Source of the DNA: Bdellovibrionales bacterium
Lineage (GTDB): Bacteria > Bdellovibrionota > Bdellovibrionia > Bdellovibrionales > CAYMLA01
NCBI GenBank assembly: GCA_965217115.1
Contig: OZ244239.1
Span: 288,001-352,000, forward strand
Reading direction: 5' to 3'
Length of the DNA: 64,000 bases
Shown: positions 50,110 to 62,024 of the stretch, piece after piece
Layout: every line of letters starts with the position of its first letter
How positions within the stretch are numbered: the first letter of the stretch is position 1
Notes under the pieces: model-generated
The model's input: the letters and a program-made list of their open reading frames with translations, nothing else
Database searches by the model: none
What the model was told of the DNA's origin: nothing
Program-made: the position numbers and the translations under genes

Positions 50110-50514
50110 ATGGAGCAAAAACATAGAAAAATCACTGTAGACGAGTACACCACCCCCTCAGCTGTTGCTATCTCTGAAGACACGTCCTTCGTTAAAATTA
50201 GAGAACTCATGTTTAAAAACAGTATTCGTCACATACTTGTTACTAAAGGAGACGAACCTATCGGTATCATCAGCGAACGTGATATTTTATTAGCCATAAA
50301 GATCGATCGCCTCCCCGATAAACTCACCAGCAAAGACGTTATGACTTTAGACCCCTACATCGTCTCTCCCAACACTTCTATTGATGAAGTTGCTCTTAAT
50401 ATGTCTAAAAATAAATTTGGCAGCGCTATTGTTCAATATGGCGATGGAGAATTTGGTATTTTCACATCCACCGATGCCCTCAATGCACTCATTGAAATTT
50501 CGCGAGGCCAATAA
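50110..50514 (+). CDS. CBS-pair protein
   Basis: IRHILV..GIISERDI, VMT; GGAG before ATG 50110; the longer listed ORF overlaps thrS antisense. Confidence 0.85.
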   Translation: MEQKHRKITVDEYTTPSAVAISEDTSFVKIRELMFKNSIRHILVTKGDEPIGIISERDILLAIKIDRLPDKLTSKDVMTLDPYIVSPNTSIDEVALNMSKNKFGSAIVQYGDGEFGIFTSTDALNALIEISRGQ

Positions 50515-50541
50515 CCCAAACCTCTCAAGGAAAACATAGGG

Positions 50542-50919
50542 CTAAAGTCGTTTTCTCAACACTTGCCACGCAAATAAAAACCAAGCACCTATGAAAGAAA
50601 CCCCACCAAGAGGGATGAGCGTGGCAAATATTTTAATTTGAGTCACAGCGTACAGATAACAATTTCCACTAAAAAATAAAATCCCAAAAACAAATAAAAT
50701 TTTAACCACAGAGAATCTTTTATTTAAATGTAACTCTAAACACCCCAAAAGCATCAAACCCAACCCATGATACATATGATACTCAACACCTACTTGAAAA
50801 ACTGACATCTTATTGATATCTAATTGCGCCTTTAGTAAATGCGCCCCGATAGCTCCAAGCCCTACGGCAACCCCCATAAAGACAGCTCCCATAGCCAAGG
50901 TGTTTTTTCCATATTCCAT
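50542..50919 (-). CDS. DUF423 (YgdD/TMEM256) membrane protein
   Basis: LGAIGAH, YHMYHG, FSGNCY, PLGG..FI.AW. Confidence 0.88.
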   Translation of the reverse strand: MEYGKNTLAMGAVFMGVAVGLGAIGAHLLKAQLDINKMSVFQVGVEYHMYHGLGLMLLGCLELHLNKRFSVVKILFVFGILFFSGNCYLYAVTQIKIFATLIPLGGVSFIGAWFLFAWQVLRKRL

Positions 50920-50999
50920 GACCACCCCTTCTCTGCAAACCTTCGTTGTACCCATTCAGGTATAGATTTTAAATCAGAGTCTCTTACCCAAATCAGATC

Positions 51000-52199
51000 T
51001 CAGTAGATAACTTGGTGATTACAAGATTCCTGCACACGCGGGTCTTTAAGAGGCACAAGATTGTTCTTGGCCAAAAACTGATGGAAGGTCATCAAGAACA
51101 ATCCGCCAAACCCCAGCAATATACCAATCTCCCAACCAGAAAACTGGGGAATATTTCCATTAAAATTTGGATACACCAACCAGTAAATATCTACATACTG
51201 AGTGATAATCACCAACACACTCACAGCAATCAGATGACCGTAACTCCTCTTAGCCGCTTTAGGCAATAACGCCACAAAGGGCACAATAAACTTAAACACC
51301 AACAAGAAAAGTGAAACCATCATCCAACCATTGTGCGCTCTCTCCAAATAAAACTCTGTCTCTTCAGGAATATTTGCATACCAAATCAACATAAATTGAG
51401 AGAAAGCAATATAAGCCCAAAAAACGGTAAAACCTTTCAAGTATTTTGCCAAATCATGAATATGCTCACCCGTCACTAAACCATTAAAAAGCCCCTTACG
51501 TATGGCCCAAATCAAAGTGATAATCATAAACGCCAATGCCGCCTGCAAAGACCCCACAAAACAATAGACACCATAAATCGTACTGTACCATGTCGGTTGA
51601 AGGCTCATCAGCATATCCACCGAAAATATCGAAAACGAAAGGGAGTAAAAAACAAGAAAGGCTATGGAAATCAAACCATTCCTGCGACTGTGTTTCCAAT
51701 CACCATCAGTGTCCTGCTTGATTGAGTTCCCCACTATGTATTTCCTAAAAACTAACCAGCCCAATACAAAAACAACTATACGAATGGCAAAGAAAGAAAA
51801 ATTCAAATACCCCGTTTTGGAGCGAATCAAAGCGCTGTTCGCCAAAACATCCCCATTCAACCAAGGGTAAATAAGCTCAACGCCCATAAAATAAACTAGG
51901 GACCCTACTAAAATCCAAGGGAAAAACCCTGTCATCGCCTCCATAAAACGACGAATATTCACACTCCAACCAGCATTGGTCACAAATTGTAATGCAATGA
52001 AAAAAAGCGTGGTCACAGATATCCCCGACACAAAAAAGAAACTTGTTAAATAGGAAGTCCACAACCTCTCAGGATTTCTCATCAAACCGGCAATGAAAGT
52101 CAATAATCCGATAAAAATACACACTGAGTATAAAGTTTTTGTACGAGTGGAAATTTCGTATTTTTCTGGATTGATCGAAAAAACCTTGTTGTGACTCAT
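51000..52199 (-). CDS. actF: Alternative complex III subunit ActF
   Basis: Polytopic; WSVNIRR..E, MSLQPTWYST, HDLAK, FSQFMLIWYANIPEET. Confidence 0.9.
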   Translation of the reverse strand: MSHNKVFSINPEKYEISTRTKTLYSVCIFIGLLTFIAGLMRNPERLWTSYLTSFFFVSGISVTTLFFIALQFVTNAGWSVNIRRFMEAMTGFFPWILVGSLVYFMGVELIYPWLNGDVLANSALIRSKTGYLNFSFFAIRIVVFVLGWLVFRKYIVGNSIKQDTDGDWKHSRRNGLISIAFLVFYSLSFSIFSVDMLMSLQPTWYSTIYGVYCFVGSLQAALAFMIITLIWAIRKGLFNGLVTGEHIHDLAKYLKGFTVFWAYIAFSQFMLIWYANIPEETEFYLERAHNGWMMVSLFLLVFKFIVPFVALLPKAAKRSYGHLIAVSVLVIITQYVDIYWLVYPNFNGNIPQFSGWEIGILLGFGGLFLMTFHQFLAKNNLVPLKDPRVQESCNHQVIY

Positions 52200-52225
52200 A
52201 AACCCTACCTATTATTAATATTTAT

Positions 52226-52783
52226 CTACTCTTCCGAATTTTGTTTTTGCAAATTACGAACATAATTCACTAGTTCCCAACGGAATTCTGCAGGAACAAT
52301 ATTACGATAACTACCCATTAAACCCTGACCTTCGGAGATAACATGATAAATACGGCCGTCAGTGTAATTTCTTACTTTCTTAGAAATTAATTTCGGCATC
52401 GGTAATGGCCATTTCTTAGACACAGTTCCATCTCCCTTCCCTGTATGTCCATGGCAAACAGCACAAGCAATTTCGTAATACTTGCGACCTCTCTTTAATA
52501 TTTGGGGAGTCATTTTACCCCTCAAAGGGTTCTTGTTACGATTAGCCCCCTCGATATTATCCTTGTATTTATAGGGCGTAAATCCTCTAGGAACAGTCCC
52601 CTTAGGTGGCACTCGCATCGCTCGACCGTGGGGATTAGAAGCATCACCCTCTTGAGTTTTAATACTTTCAGTTTCCATCATATCTTGGATCAACTCAACG
52701 TTGGGCCTTTTCTCATCACTGCAACTAACAATAGTCAACAACACCCCGGTTAATAATACGATCGTCAATGCTATCCTATTCAT
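52226..52783 (-). CDS. actE: Alternative complex III monoheme lipoprotein ActE
   Basis: VSC lipobox, MRVPPKGTVPRG, CAVCH, GLMGSY; start trimmed to MNRIAL. Confidence 0.88.
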   Translation of the reverse strand: MNRIALTIVLLTGVLLTIVSCSDEKRPNVELIQDMMETESIKTQEGDASNPHGRAMRVPPKGTVPRGFTPYKYKDNIEGANRNKNPLRGKMTPQILKRGRKYYEIACAVCHGHTGKGDGTVSKKWPLPMPKLISKKVRNYTDGRIYHVISEGQGLMGSYRNIVPAEFRWELVNYVRNLQKQNSEE

Positions 52784-52826
52784 TAAGAAAAAACCTCTTT
52801 TTACCGTCTCTACTATTTTTATCAAT

Positions 52827-53348
52827 TTAATACTCCGCAATTTTTTTTATTTCTTCAGCGCCCACTTCATTAAAAATCTCACGCACACGATTCTCATCGT
52901 AACCGTAATCCGTCTCTGGAATAAACACAGCAAACTTGTGAGAAGTTAAATCCAAATCAATCACTGGTGGATTTACCTTAGGCAGACCGCAGGCCACTAA
53001 TAAACTACCAATTGTTGCTAAAGCACCAAATAAAATAGTTAACTCGAAAATCACAGGAATAAATGCTGGTAAAGAAAAATAAGGCTTCCCACCTATATTG
53101 ATTGGCCAATCCACAGCCGATGTCCACCAAGTTAACAAGAATCCTGCACACAATCCTGTCAGGCCTCCAAAAAATGTTATCCAAGGAATCCAAGAACGTT
53201 TAATTCCAATAGCCTCTTCCATCCCATGCACAGGATAGGGGGTGATTGCATCGAATTTTCGAAACCCCGCTTTACGCACATAAATCGCCGCCTTGATCGT
53301 TGCGGCTTCATCACTCCATATACCAGCTAACCCACTGACTTTAGCCAT
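52827..53348 (-). CDS. actD: Alternative complex III subunit ActD (DUF3341)
   Basis: [29 protein letters not shown]. Confidence 0.9.
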   Translation of the reverse strand: MAKVSGLAGIWSDEAATIKAAIYVRKAGFRKFDAITPYPVHGMEEAIGIKRSWIPWITFFGGLTGLCAGFLLTWWTSAVDWPINIGGKPYFSLPAFIPVIFELTILFGALATIGSLLVACGLPKVNPPVIDLDLTSHKFAVFIPETDYGYDENRVREIFNEVGAEEIKKIAEY

Positions 53349-54717
53349 GATCCTCCTCCTCTTTTCCAACATGTAAACAAGGCTTCACCTCTGCAATAGA
53401 AATTGCTGGGAAGACTCTCAAGTAAAGCAAAAAGATCGTGAAGAACATACCGAAACTACCCAAGAGAATCATGGTATCGTAAATACTCCACTCGTACATT
53501 CCCCAGTTAGAAGGCAAAAAATCTCGATGTAAAGATGTCACCGTAATCACAAAACGTTCGAACCACATACCGATATTGACAAAGATAGAAATAACAAACA
53601 TCACTGGCAAACTACGACGGAAGCGTCTAAACCAAAAAAGCTGGGGAATTATCACGTTACAGCTAACCATAATCCAGTAAGCCCACCAGTAAGGACCAAA
53701 AGCACGGTTTACAAAAGTAAATGATTCATAATCATTCCCCGAATACCAAGCAATAAAAAATTCAGACCCATAGGCGTAACCCACCATCAACCCCGTGGTC
53801 ATAATGATCTTATTCATCACCTCCATATGATCAATCGTCACATAATTCTTAAACTGAGGAAAACCCTCACGCACAAGAACCATCAAAGTGATCACCATCC
53901 CGAAGCCTGAGAAAATTGCCCCTGCCACAAAATAAGGAGGAAAAATAGTTGTGTGCCAACCAGGAAGACCTGCCACCGCAAAATCAAAGGAGACAATCGT
54001 ATGAACTGATAAAACCAACGGCGTGGCTAAAGCCGCCAAAAGCATGTAAAGCATTTCATAATGACTCCAATCACGGGCCGAACCTCTCCAACCCAAAGAC
54101 AACATGCCATAAATCTTTTTTCTTATTTTATGTTTTGCCCGATCACGAATGGTCGCAAAATCAGGAACCATTCCAATATACCAAAATAAAATCGATACTA
54201 TTGCATAAGTCGATACCGCAAACACGTCCCATAACAAAGGCGATCTAAAATTCACCCATAGAGGGCCCCGTTGATTCGGGTACGGTAATAACCAAAAATC
54301 AAGCCACGGACGACCCGTGTGCAACAATGGAAAAAGTCCCGCCGTCATCACTGCAAAAACAGTCATTGCCTCCGCCGTCCTCGCCACTGAAGTTCGCCAT
54401 TTTTGACGAAACAAGAACAGCACCGCAGAAATCAGCGTTCCCGCATGACCAATTCCAATCCAGAAAACAAAGGTCACAATATCAGTTCCCCATCCGACTG
54501 GATGATTCACCCCCATTAACCCCATACCCGTCGACACAATGATTGCAATAGCGACGATATACATAAAAAACACGCTCTTTGCAGCAAAGAACATTGCAAA
54601 CCAGCCCTTGCCTGGCATGGATTCTAGAGGAGAACAAATATCCTCTGTCACATCACTTAAGCTCTTATTGCCAGTTACTAAAATTTTCCTATTCGGTGAA
54701 TAACTATCGACACTCAT
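53341..54717 (-). CDS. actC: Alternative complex III quinol-binding subunit ActC (NrfD family)
   Basis: [52 protein letters not shown]. Confidence 0.95.
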   Translation of the reverse strand: MSVDSYSPNRKILVTGNKSLSDVTEDICSPLESMPGKGWFAMFFAAKSVFFMYIVAIAIIVSTGMGLMGVNHPVGWGTDIVTFVFWIGIGHAGTLISAVLFLFRQKWRTSVARTAEAMTVFAVMTAGLFPLLHTGRPWLDFWLLPYPNQRGPLWVNFRSPLLWDVFAVSTYAIVSILFWYIGMVPDFATIRDRAKHKIRKKIYGMLSLGWRGSARDWSHYEMLYMLLAALATPLVLSVHTIVSFDFAVAGLPGWHTTIFPPYFVAGAIFSGFGMVITLMVLVREGFPQFKNYVTIDHMEVMNKIIMTTGLMVGYAYGSEFFIAWYSGNDYESFTFVNRAFGPYWWAYWIMVSCNVIIPQLFWFRRFRRSLPVMFVISIFVNIGMWFERFVITVTSLHRDFLPSNWGMYEWSIYDTMILLGSFGMFFTIFLLYLRVFPAISIAEVKPCLHVGKEEEDHG

Positions 54718-57700
54718 TAGTGATGACCTCCATCATGTGCCGCAGTTGTCTTTTCATTGTTGCGAACCTTCGTCTGATAACGTATCACCGAACCCGCATT
54801 AAATTCTTCAAGGGCCGTGAATGATCTTGCGTCTTTATAACTCTGACTCACCTTACTCGTAAGATCATTGAAATCACCAAAAACAATGGCATCAGTTGGA
54901 CAGCTCGACTGACAAGCCGTCACCACATCTCCATCCCTTAACTTACGATTCTCATCCTTGGCCTCATTCTTAGCCGATTTAATTCTCTGCACACAGAAAG
55001 AACACTTCTCCATGACACCTCGACTACGAACTGTCACTTCAGGGTTATAAACCATTTGTTCTGGTTTTTCTAAATCCTTGTGCAAGTTAAACCAATTGAA
55101 ACGACGTACTTTATAAGGACAATTGTTGGAACAATAACGAGTTCCCACACAGCGGTTATAGATCATTTCGTTTAACCCTTCATCACTGTGACTGGTCGCA
55201 ATCACTGGACAAACTGTCTCACAAGGGGCGTTGTCACAATGTTGACAGAGCATTGCCTGAAAAACTGAATCTGGATTTTCTGGACTTCCAGAAAAATAAC
55301 GATCAATGCGAATCCAATGCATCTCACGCCCCTGCATCACATATTTTTTGCCCACTGTCGGAACATTGTTTTCCGCCTGACAAGCCACCACGCAAGCCGA
55401 ACAGCCCGTGCACTGATTCAAATCAATGGTCATGGCCCACTTATGTCCCTTGTACTCATGTGTTGGCCAAATACTAAAAGTAGGATGCTTATGAATACCT
55501 GCACGATTATCCTTCAAGTAGTCCTTTAAAGTCACATCCAAGGCAATCGGTCGACCGTGGGTTGTGTGCTGATCTTGGGGACTCACCAAGGAATATATTT
55601 CAGCATCCACCTTTTCAAAAGAAACCTTCAACCCTGAGGCGACAACACCTGAACTGGAAACATTCAAAAGAGAGTACGCATTCACACCCACTCCATCACC
55701 CACTTTCCCCGCAGCCCTTCGACCATAGCCCAAAGCTAGACCGAGAACATCATCATGCACACCAGGGGCTATATGAACAGGAACTCTCAGTTCCCGATCT
55801 CCCACCTTTAGTGTTACAAGTTGACCTTCTTTGAGAACCTTCTCTTCAGCGGTTTTCAATGAAACATTTAAGTAATTATCCCAAACAATCTTCGTCACAG
55901 GGTCAGGCAGCTCTTGCAACCAAGAGACATTCGCCATTGAGCCATCCCCAATAGAATTTTTTGTGTATAAAACCAATTCATAACCATCACTCTTGAGACG
56001 GCCAATACCTTTTAAAGAACCCACCCGAAAAGAGCGGGAATTCTGAGTTTTATTTGCAGAATTTGAAATGGCAAAAAAACCAGCTTGCAAAAGCTTTAAC
56101 CAGCGATCCTCAAAGGAACCTGAAATCCATTTTTTAGTAAAAATACTGTCTTTCCAGTTTCTGCGCAAATAAGTGTACCAGTCTTCAGACTTATTCTGCC
56201 ATTTCAACAGAGAGTCCTGAAAAGATCGAGTGTCATACATGGGGCTGATTGTCGGCTGTTGCACATGGTACAAGCCTCTGTACATTTCAGCATCCCCCCA
56301 ATTCTCCAAAGGATGATGATCAGGGGCTATGTAATTTGCCAACCGACCCGTTTCATCATTGCGATCCCCCGTATAAACAACCAAATCCACTTTCTTGATA
56401 GCTTCATGGAAACCCAAACTCTCAGGCAACGCATAGGCAGGGTTAACACCATGAACGATTAAGGTTTTTACCTGACCCGCTTTCATCGCTTCTACTAATT
56501 TCACAACATCAGCGTACGACCCACGGGGAGTCACCATGGCCTCTTTACCGTGGGAAACAGTCTTCCCATCATTGCGCAAAACATGATTTAAAAAATTCAC
56601 CGCTGTCTGAAGGGATAATGCATTTTCCGTCTGCGCCTCTAACCCCCCTGCTACAATTAAACTCTCGCCACGATGCTGCCAAAGTTTCTGTGCCAGTTGA
56701 CTAAACACTGCTTCCTCAATTCCCAATTCAACAGCCACGTTTGCAAATGGCTTAAGAGCCCTTGTCACCGAAGACTGAAACTTGTAGGAAGAATGTCCTT
56801 GTTTGATAATCAGTTCATGCAAGATTCCCATGACCACATCAACTTGCTGTGACGGCTTAATACGAGTGCGAATATCAGCGTTCATACCCGTTAAACTCAT
56901 ATTAGATTCAAAAACAACAAGCTGACTCATCTGCTTGCCTGGTTTACGAGACTTGGAAAAATCTTTGGTGAAAATCGTTGGCGTCAACCAGGTTCCCAAA
57001 AAATCCGCACTCACTGACACAATCACTTTTGCCCGATCAAAACGATAGCGTGGCAACACCGCTCTACCATAACTTAAACTCTGCCCCGCGATCACATCCT
57101 CATTTGAAACTGGCTCCCAACGATGATGTTTCACACCGTAACGATTTTTAAATTCTTTCACTAATTTTTCCGTGGACGGAGAGTTTATCTCTCCACTCAG
57201 AAGAGCCACGCGCCCTCTCTTCAAGGCCGTCACCACTGATTTGTCCATTCTCTTCCATGAAGTGGACACCGTATCGCGATTGGCTTTCTCTTTATTCAGA
57301 AGATTTCTCTTGGGCCCCTTAATACGTTCAGGATCATAGAGACGTAAAATATGGGCAATTGCACGGGGGCTCATCCCACCACGATTTGCAGGGTGATCGT
57401 GATTCCCCTCCACTAAAATAGGACGACCTTCACGGGTTTTCACCAACAAGCCATGGGACTCCAAACCATCTGTCCAATTCGAAGCGTACCAATTAGGCAT
57501 ACCCAAAATCAGCTCTTCAGGACGGTTCACATAAGGCACAATTTTCTGCACAGGTCGGCGTAAACAGCTAACAGATCCCAGAGCCAAACTAGCTCCCATC
57601 AGAGTTAAGAACTCACGGCGCGCCCAGCCTCCATCTTTATCTCCTTGGGATTTTTCATCCTCTTTAAATGGAGAAGATTGGAATTCCTCTTCGGCTAATT

Positions 57701-57779
57701 TTTGGAATTGAGAGTCACCAGCCCACTGTTCAAGGCTTAGCCAATACTTTGGAGATTCATTCATTGCTTTTTTATCCAT
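54717..57779 (-). CDS. actB: Alternative complex III subunit ActB (molybdopterin-oxidoreductase-like plus Fe-S)
   Basis: TAT motif [49 protein letters not shown]. Confidence 0.95.
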   Translation of the reverse strand: MDKKAMNESPKYWLSLEQWAGDSQFQKLAEEEFQSSPFKEDEKSQGDKDGGWARREFLTLMGASLALGSVSCLRRPVQKIVPYVNRPEELILGMPNWYASNWTDGLESHGLLVKTREGRPILVEGNHDHPANRGGMSPRAIAHILRLYDPERIKGPKRNLLNKEKANRDTVSTSWKRMDKSVVTALKRGRVALLSGEINSPSTEKLVKEFKNRYGVKHHRWEPVSNEDVIAGQSLSYGRAVLPRYRFDRAKVIVSVSADFLGTWLTPTIFTKDFSKSRKPGKQMSQLVVFESNMSLTGMNADIRTRIKPSQQVDVVMGILHELIIKQGHSSYKFQSSVTRALKPFANVAVELGIEEAVFSQLAQKLWQHRGESLIVAGGLEAQTENALSLQTAVNFLNHVLRNDGKTVSHGKEAMVTPRGSYADVVKLVEAMKAGQVKTLIVHGVNPAYALPESLGFHEAIKKVDLVVYTGDRNDETGRLANYIAPDHHPLENWGDAEMYRGLYHVQQPTISPMYDTRSFQDSLLKWQNKSEDWYTYLRRNWKDSIFTKKWISGSFEDRWLKLLQAGFFAISNSANKTQNSRSFRVGSLKGIGRLKSDGYELVLYTKNSIGDGSMANVSWLQELPDPVTKIVWDNYLNVSLKTAEEKVLKEGQLVTLKVGDRELRVPVHIAPGVHDDVLGLALGYGRRAAGKVGDGVGVNAYSLLNVSSSGVVASGLKVSFEKVDAEIYSLVSPQDQHTTHGRPIALDVTLKDYLKDNRAGIHKHPTFSIWPTHEYKGHKWAMTIDLNQCTGCSACVVACQAENNVPTVGKKYVMQGREMHWIRIDRYFSGSPENPDSVFQAMLCQHCDNAPCETVCPVIATSHSDEGLNEMIYNRCVGTRYCSNNCPYKVRRFNWFNLHKDLEKPEQMVYNPEVTVRSRGVMEKCSFCVQRIKSAKNEAKDENRKLRDGDVVTACQSSCPTDAIVFGDFNDLTSKVSQSYKDARSFTALEEFNAGSVIRYQTKVRNNEKTTAAHDGGHH

Positions 57780-57806
57780 TAACCATAACTCCAGTTTTTT
57801 CTTAAT

Positions 57807-58340
57807 CTAATGATGACAAGCCGTGCAATCTAAAGATGCTTTATTCTCTGGCTTGCGATGACAATTTACACACCAGCCCATTGATAAATCAGAATGTTGT
57901 TTTAACACTTTCATTTTTTCCACTTCTCCATGACAGGTGGTACAAGAAACTCCTCGCTTCACATGCCGTCTATGATTGAAATGAACAAAATCGGGAAGCA
58001 TATGCACCCTCACCCACTCAATAGAGCCCCCATCATGATAAGCCGTCTGTAATTTCTCAATGTGTGGGCTATCAGTTTTGATCATTATGTGACAATTCAT
58101 ACAAATATTTAAACTCGGCACCGCTGCCTGTTTAGAACGTTCTGTTTGTGTGTGACAATACTGACAGGGAATTTTATAGGTCCCCGCGTGCAGTGAATGA
58201 TCGTAGGGAATGGGTTGTTTCGGAGCATATCCCCTATTATAACCAATCTCTGGACGCTCACAGCCCGTTAAAGAAAGTCCTAAAATAAAAAACAATCGTA
58301 CAAGCAAAGTATTCTCCCCTAATCTGCTCATCCTTAACAT
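57807..58340 (-). CDS. actA: Alternative complex III pentaheme cytochrome ActA
   Basis: Five CxxCH motifs (CQYCH, CMNCH, CTTCH, CVNCH, CTACH); P.QPIPY.H. Confidence 0.92.
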   Translation of the reverse strand: MLRMSRLGENTLLVRLFFILGLSLTGCERPEIGYNRGYAPKQPIPYDHSLHAGTYKIPCQYCHTQTERSKQAAVPSLNICMNCHIMIKTDSPHIEKLQTAYHDGGSIEWVRVHMLPDFVHFNHRRHVKRGVSCTTCHGEVEKMKVLKQHSDLSMGWCVNCHRKPENKASLDCTACHH

Positions 58341-58741
58341 GTTCTGTCCTCTCCTTAAAATTGCCTGGGATAAAACTCCCTTAGTCAGTGCGCTAAAAGA
58401 ACCGCTCTCTAGCAGGGTCTTCTTCGCTCTCTTTAGTCAGGCAGTAGATATTATTTCTTCAAAAAATAAAATCAGCTCAATTAATAAGTCTCTGCAATCA
58501 CTTAGACAACTAAAGAATTCATCTAATTTTCAAATAATCTCAATACCCCATATAATGACTAGATTCATTTTATCTAAACCCAATATCCAGCAAAAGAATT
58601 GGAAGTTCTGATTGAGAAATACACGGCGGAAAAAAGATAAAACTCCTTCCTATAAAGGTTTTCAATAACACTCCTTCAGAGTTTCACTGCCAGAGAATTG
58701 CCACGTGACATTTATGTTCCATAATTTAAACAGATTTAAAA

Positions 58742-60487
58742 TCACAAGGTCAATTTCGAGCGCTCTTTGCGCACCGTGTAAACACCTGAGACATAGACAA
58801 TATGCAAAGCTATAAAACCAGACACGTACTCAAGTCCTCCTCCACCAAAACCGTAGGAATGAAGTCCCGCTCCTAAAATATAATTAACTCCATACCAGGC
58901 CATAATAACCAGAGAAAATGACAGCACTCCCCCTACGATCATACCAAAATTACGCAACCAACCAGACATACGACCATGCAGCATGGCCAAGTATCCTAAC
59001 AAGGCAATCAAGGCCCAGGTCTCTTTAGGGTCCCACCCCCAAAAACGCCCCCAAGAGTAATCCGCCCAGACACCACCTAAAATAGTTCCCGCTGCTAAAA
59101 GCACCACTCCAATCTGAATGCAACGATAAATAGAATCCACCACAGCACGCACACGGGGTGAATGATCTCCGTCTCCACGCAGATAATAAAAAAGTCCCAC
59201 ATCTGCTAAACCAAACGCCAAGAAAAAGGCCGCATAACTAATCGTGATCGTCAAAACGTGGATCATCAGCCAAAGGTTACTCCGTAGAACAGGCTCCAAA
59301 GGCTGCAAGCTGGAATCCAAAATTACTGGCGCCATCCCCGCCACTATAAGAGCAAAGAACCCCACGACCGATCCTGCCAGAAACACCATCTTCTTGCGAT
59401 AAATAACTCCTAAAACCATGGCAAAAAGCACCACACCAAAAGACACCCACACCACTGTCTCATACATATTCGACACAGGGGGACGCCCCGTCAAATACAC
59501 ACGCAAAGCAAATCCATAGATGTGAATAAGAAAACCTGTCACCATTGACCCTGCCCCCAAAACAGTCGCCCATGAACGATGGCCACCCAAAGCAAAACCC
59601 CAAAAAATAGATGCCACTAAATAAAAAATCCACGCCCATAAAAAAGGTTGGAGATCATTGTAATGAACCTCCAAGGAAATTTCTTTTTGACTAGGGTAGG
59701 CCTCTGGATTTCTCTGACGAGCTAAATCTATAAAAGTTGACACCTCCTTTTCTAAATTTATTTCAGCCACGGCTTTTTTCTCTTCTGCCCCCTCTTTTTG
59801 AGAAGCTGAAATCACTCCTAGGAATGCTCTTGTTAAGGATCTAAATTTTTCCTGAAACTCTGTCTCTAACTGAACTAAAGACCCCCATGCAGTCTCCTCG
59901 CCCTTCCATGACGTTTTCTTTTGATTCTTCATATTCCTTTTATCAGGTGGTAAAACCCGAAGCCCATTCCCAGAGGCAATGTATCTAAAGGTTCTGAACT
60001 GATCCTCTAAACGACTCACTGCTTGATAATAAGCATCTAGCTTTACCTTTTGCTGACGCTGATTATTCAACTCTTGAAATAGTAAAACCATTCGAGGATT
60101 TTCAAAAACCTCTACGGGTGAAAAATATTTCTGCTCTCTCTCAAGTTTTAAACTTTTTTTAATATCCCTACGATTGATCTCTACCATTTTCTTTTCTAAC
60201 CACATTTTGGGCGTTAACATCCAAGTAAACACCACTTCCGAAGCGGATCGACCGTGATAAGATTGCTTGCCATAAATAAGTTGCAACGACTCTCGCGCAA
60301 AAGTGTCATAGGGTTTCACCCGCCCCGCCGCCTGCACTGGTAAATATTTTAATGACTCAGTTCCACTCGAAGAACCCAAAAAAGGCTTTGCAAAAGCGCC
60401 TTCACTCAACCCAACAACTGCAATGATAGCTAAACTCATCAATTCACTGTAACGCTTGCACTTCATACCGAATGTCTCCTCTTCCAA
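58742..60487 (-). CDS. ccsA: System II cytochrome c synthase CcsA
   Basis: WADYSWGRFWGWDPKETWAL, GLHSY, PPVSNMYE. Confidence 0.95.
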   Translation of the reverse strand: MEEETFGMKCKRYSELMSLAIIAVVGLSEGAFAKPFLGSSSGTESLKYLPVQAAGRVKPYDTFARESLQLIYGKQSYHGRSASEVVFTWMLTPKMWLEKKMVEINRRDIKKSLKLEREQKYFSPVEVFENPRMVLLFQELNNQRQQKVKLDAYYQAVSRLEDQFRTFRYIASGNGLRVLPPDKRNMKNQKKTSWKGEETAWGSLVQLETEFQEKFRSLTRAFLGVISASQKEGAEEKKAVAEINLEKEVSTFIDLARQRNPEAYPSQKEISLEVHYNDLQPFLWAWIFYLVASIFWGFALGGHRSWATVLGAGSMVTGFLIHIYGFALRVYLTGRPPVSNMYETVVWVSFGVVLFAMVLGVIYRKKMVFLAGSVVGFFALIVAGMAPVILDSSLQPLEPVLRSNLWLMIHVLTITISYAAFFLAFGLADVGLFYYLRGDGDHSPRVRAVVDSIYRCIQIGVVLLAAGTILGGVWADYSWGRFWGWDPKETWALIALLGYLAMLHGRMSGWLRNFGMIVGGVLSFSLVIMAWYGVNYILGAGLHSYGFGGGGLEYVSGFIALHIVYVSGVYTVRKERSKLTL

Positions 60488-61968
60488 TTTTGCACAATGA
60501 TTTTTTTAAAATAAAACATCAAAATAATTCCCAAAACGATAAGTAAACTCCCTAAATACTTTAAAAAACGACCTGGGTCATAGTTCACTGACAAAATAGA
60601 CGCCACAGGCTGGCCTTGTTCATCGCTCTCAAAACTAGCTTGATAAAAAGTAAACCCTCCATGCTTTAAAGGCTCATTCATAGAGATCAAGGTCTCCCCT
60701 AACTCGCCATCAATCGTTATCAAGCTTTGATAACTGGCTGCTCGCATTGTTCCTTGGTAACGCCCTACTTCGAACTCTTTAAGATTTATCTGAAAATCAA
60801 TTTGTAGTCGACGATTCTGATAAAAAAATATGTACGCTGTCTCATTATCAAAGACTCGTAAAATCGAATTCATCGCTAACCAATGCTCTTTTCCCTTAAA
60901 CTGAATTTTAACAGCAGGTGAAGTTAGTTCACTCAACTGACCCATAGCGCGAACATTTACTCCCTCTTTAGCATTGGGAAAATACTTGAACAGACGAAGC
61001 TTCAACCCCATCCAGCCTGTCTCTATGGAGTCCCCAGGAGCTATAACTCCCTTTTTGACTCCGGTCCTAAGATTTTTAGAGTAGATTCCATAGCACAATC
61101 TCTTATCAGTTGCTGAATTGTTAACTGTTGAGTTATCAAGTAAGCGGTTAAATGAATAAAGCACAATCTCATTGCGCCCTTTAGGAACATAACCAGAAAT
61201 GCGTTTCTGATTGACTCTCCTACACACGCTGCGCCAATCAGCATAAGATGGCCCCTGAGGAAGACGAACCAAAGTCACCGATGCAGGGCCTAAATTTAAA
61301 GATTCTTTTTTTCCACCCTTGCTAAAAATCCATTTAGTGAGATTTACATGTTGATTGGACAATTGAAAACGAATCGCAGCTCCCTCTCCCCGGACTTCTT
61401 CTCCTTCTGTTTTCTTCTCCACAGAGGTGATTTTTGTCTCCATAAGCGCATAGGGAATGTAATCCACAACCTTAATGTCTTCTCTCGGCAAAGGGACAAC
61501 AAAAGGCGACGCTTCACTAGGGGATTGCTTTAAAAAGTGCACCTCTTTTTCAAAGACCTTAGTAAAGCTATCTCCATCCATCGAGGCGTAGACCACTACA
61601 TCAGTCTCTGGCACAGTGATATGGCTGCTTTTACCTCCAACAGAAAAACGCATAGAACCATCCACACCATAAAAATACGTGATTGCTGACCCTATTAATA
61701 ACAAAATGATTCCCACATGGGCCAAAATAAATCCCGCATGATGGGAACGCCACGGCCAACGATCTACCATCACTGCGAGTAAATTGATTGCCAGAAAAAT
61801 CAATGTCCCCCACGTATACCAAGCGTGAAAAACCAAAACCTGAGCCATACGTGCATCATTAAACCGAGATTCAACAATCGTTCCCGCTGCAAAAATAACA
61901 ATCAAGATCACAATAATAATAACTGCTAAATTCAGTGACGCTAGAATTCTAAGTATTTTTTTGAACAC
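60463..61968 (-). CDS. ccsB: System II cytochrome c biogenesis protein CcsB/ResB
   Basis: GTIVES, LAHVGIIL, ISMNEPL..GGFTFYQASF, DPG..LKYLG. Confidence 0.9.
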   Translation of the reverse strand: MFKKILRILASLNLAVIIIVILIVIFAAGTIVESRFNDARMAQVLVFHAWYTWGTLIFLAINLLAVMVDRWPWRSHHAGFILAHVGIILLLIGSAITYFYGVDGSMRFSVGGKSSHITVPETDVVVYASMDGDSFTKVFEKEVHFLKQSPSEASPFVVPLPREDIKVVDYIPYALMETKITSVEKKTEGEEVRGEGAAIRFQLSNQHVNLTKWIFSKGGKKESLNLGPASVTLVRLPQGPSYADWRSVCRRVNQKRISGYVPKGRNEIVLYSFNRLLDNSTVNNSATDKRLCYGIYSKNLRTGVKKGVIAPGDSIETGWMGLKLRLFKYFPNAKEGVNVRAMGQLSELTSPAVKIQFKGKEHWLAMNSILRVFDNETAYIFFYQNRRLQIDFQINLKEFEVGRYQGTMRAASYQSLITIDGELGETLISMNEPLKHGGFTFYQASFESDEQGQPVASILSVNYDPGRFLKYLGSLLIVLGIILMFYFKKIIVQNWKRRHSV

Positions 61969-62024
61969 AGCTGAACCACTCCATTTGATTTTTTTGAATC
62001 AATAGCACATTTCTTAAAATAGAC

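Noticed and set aside
61985..62002. FNR box upstream of ccsB
   Set aside because: TTGAT and ATCAA are separated by 8 nt rather than 4.
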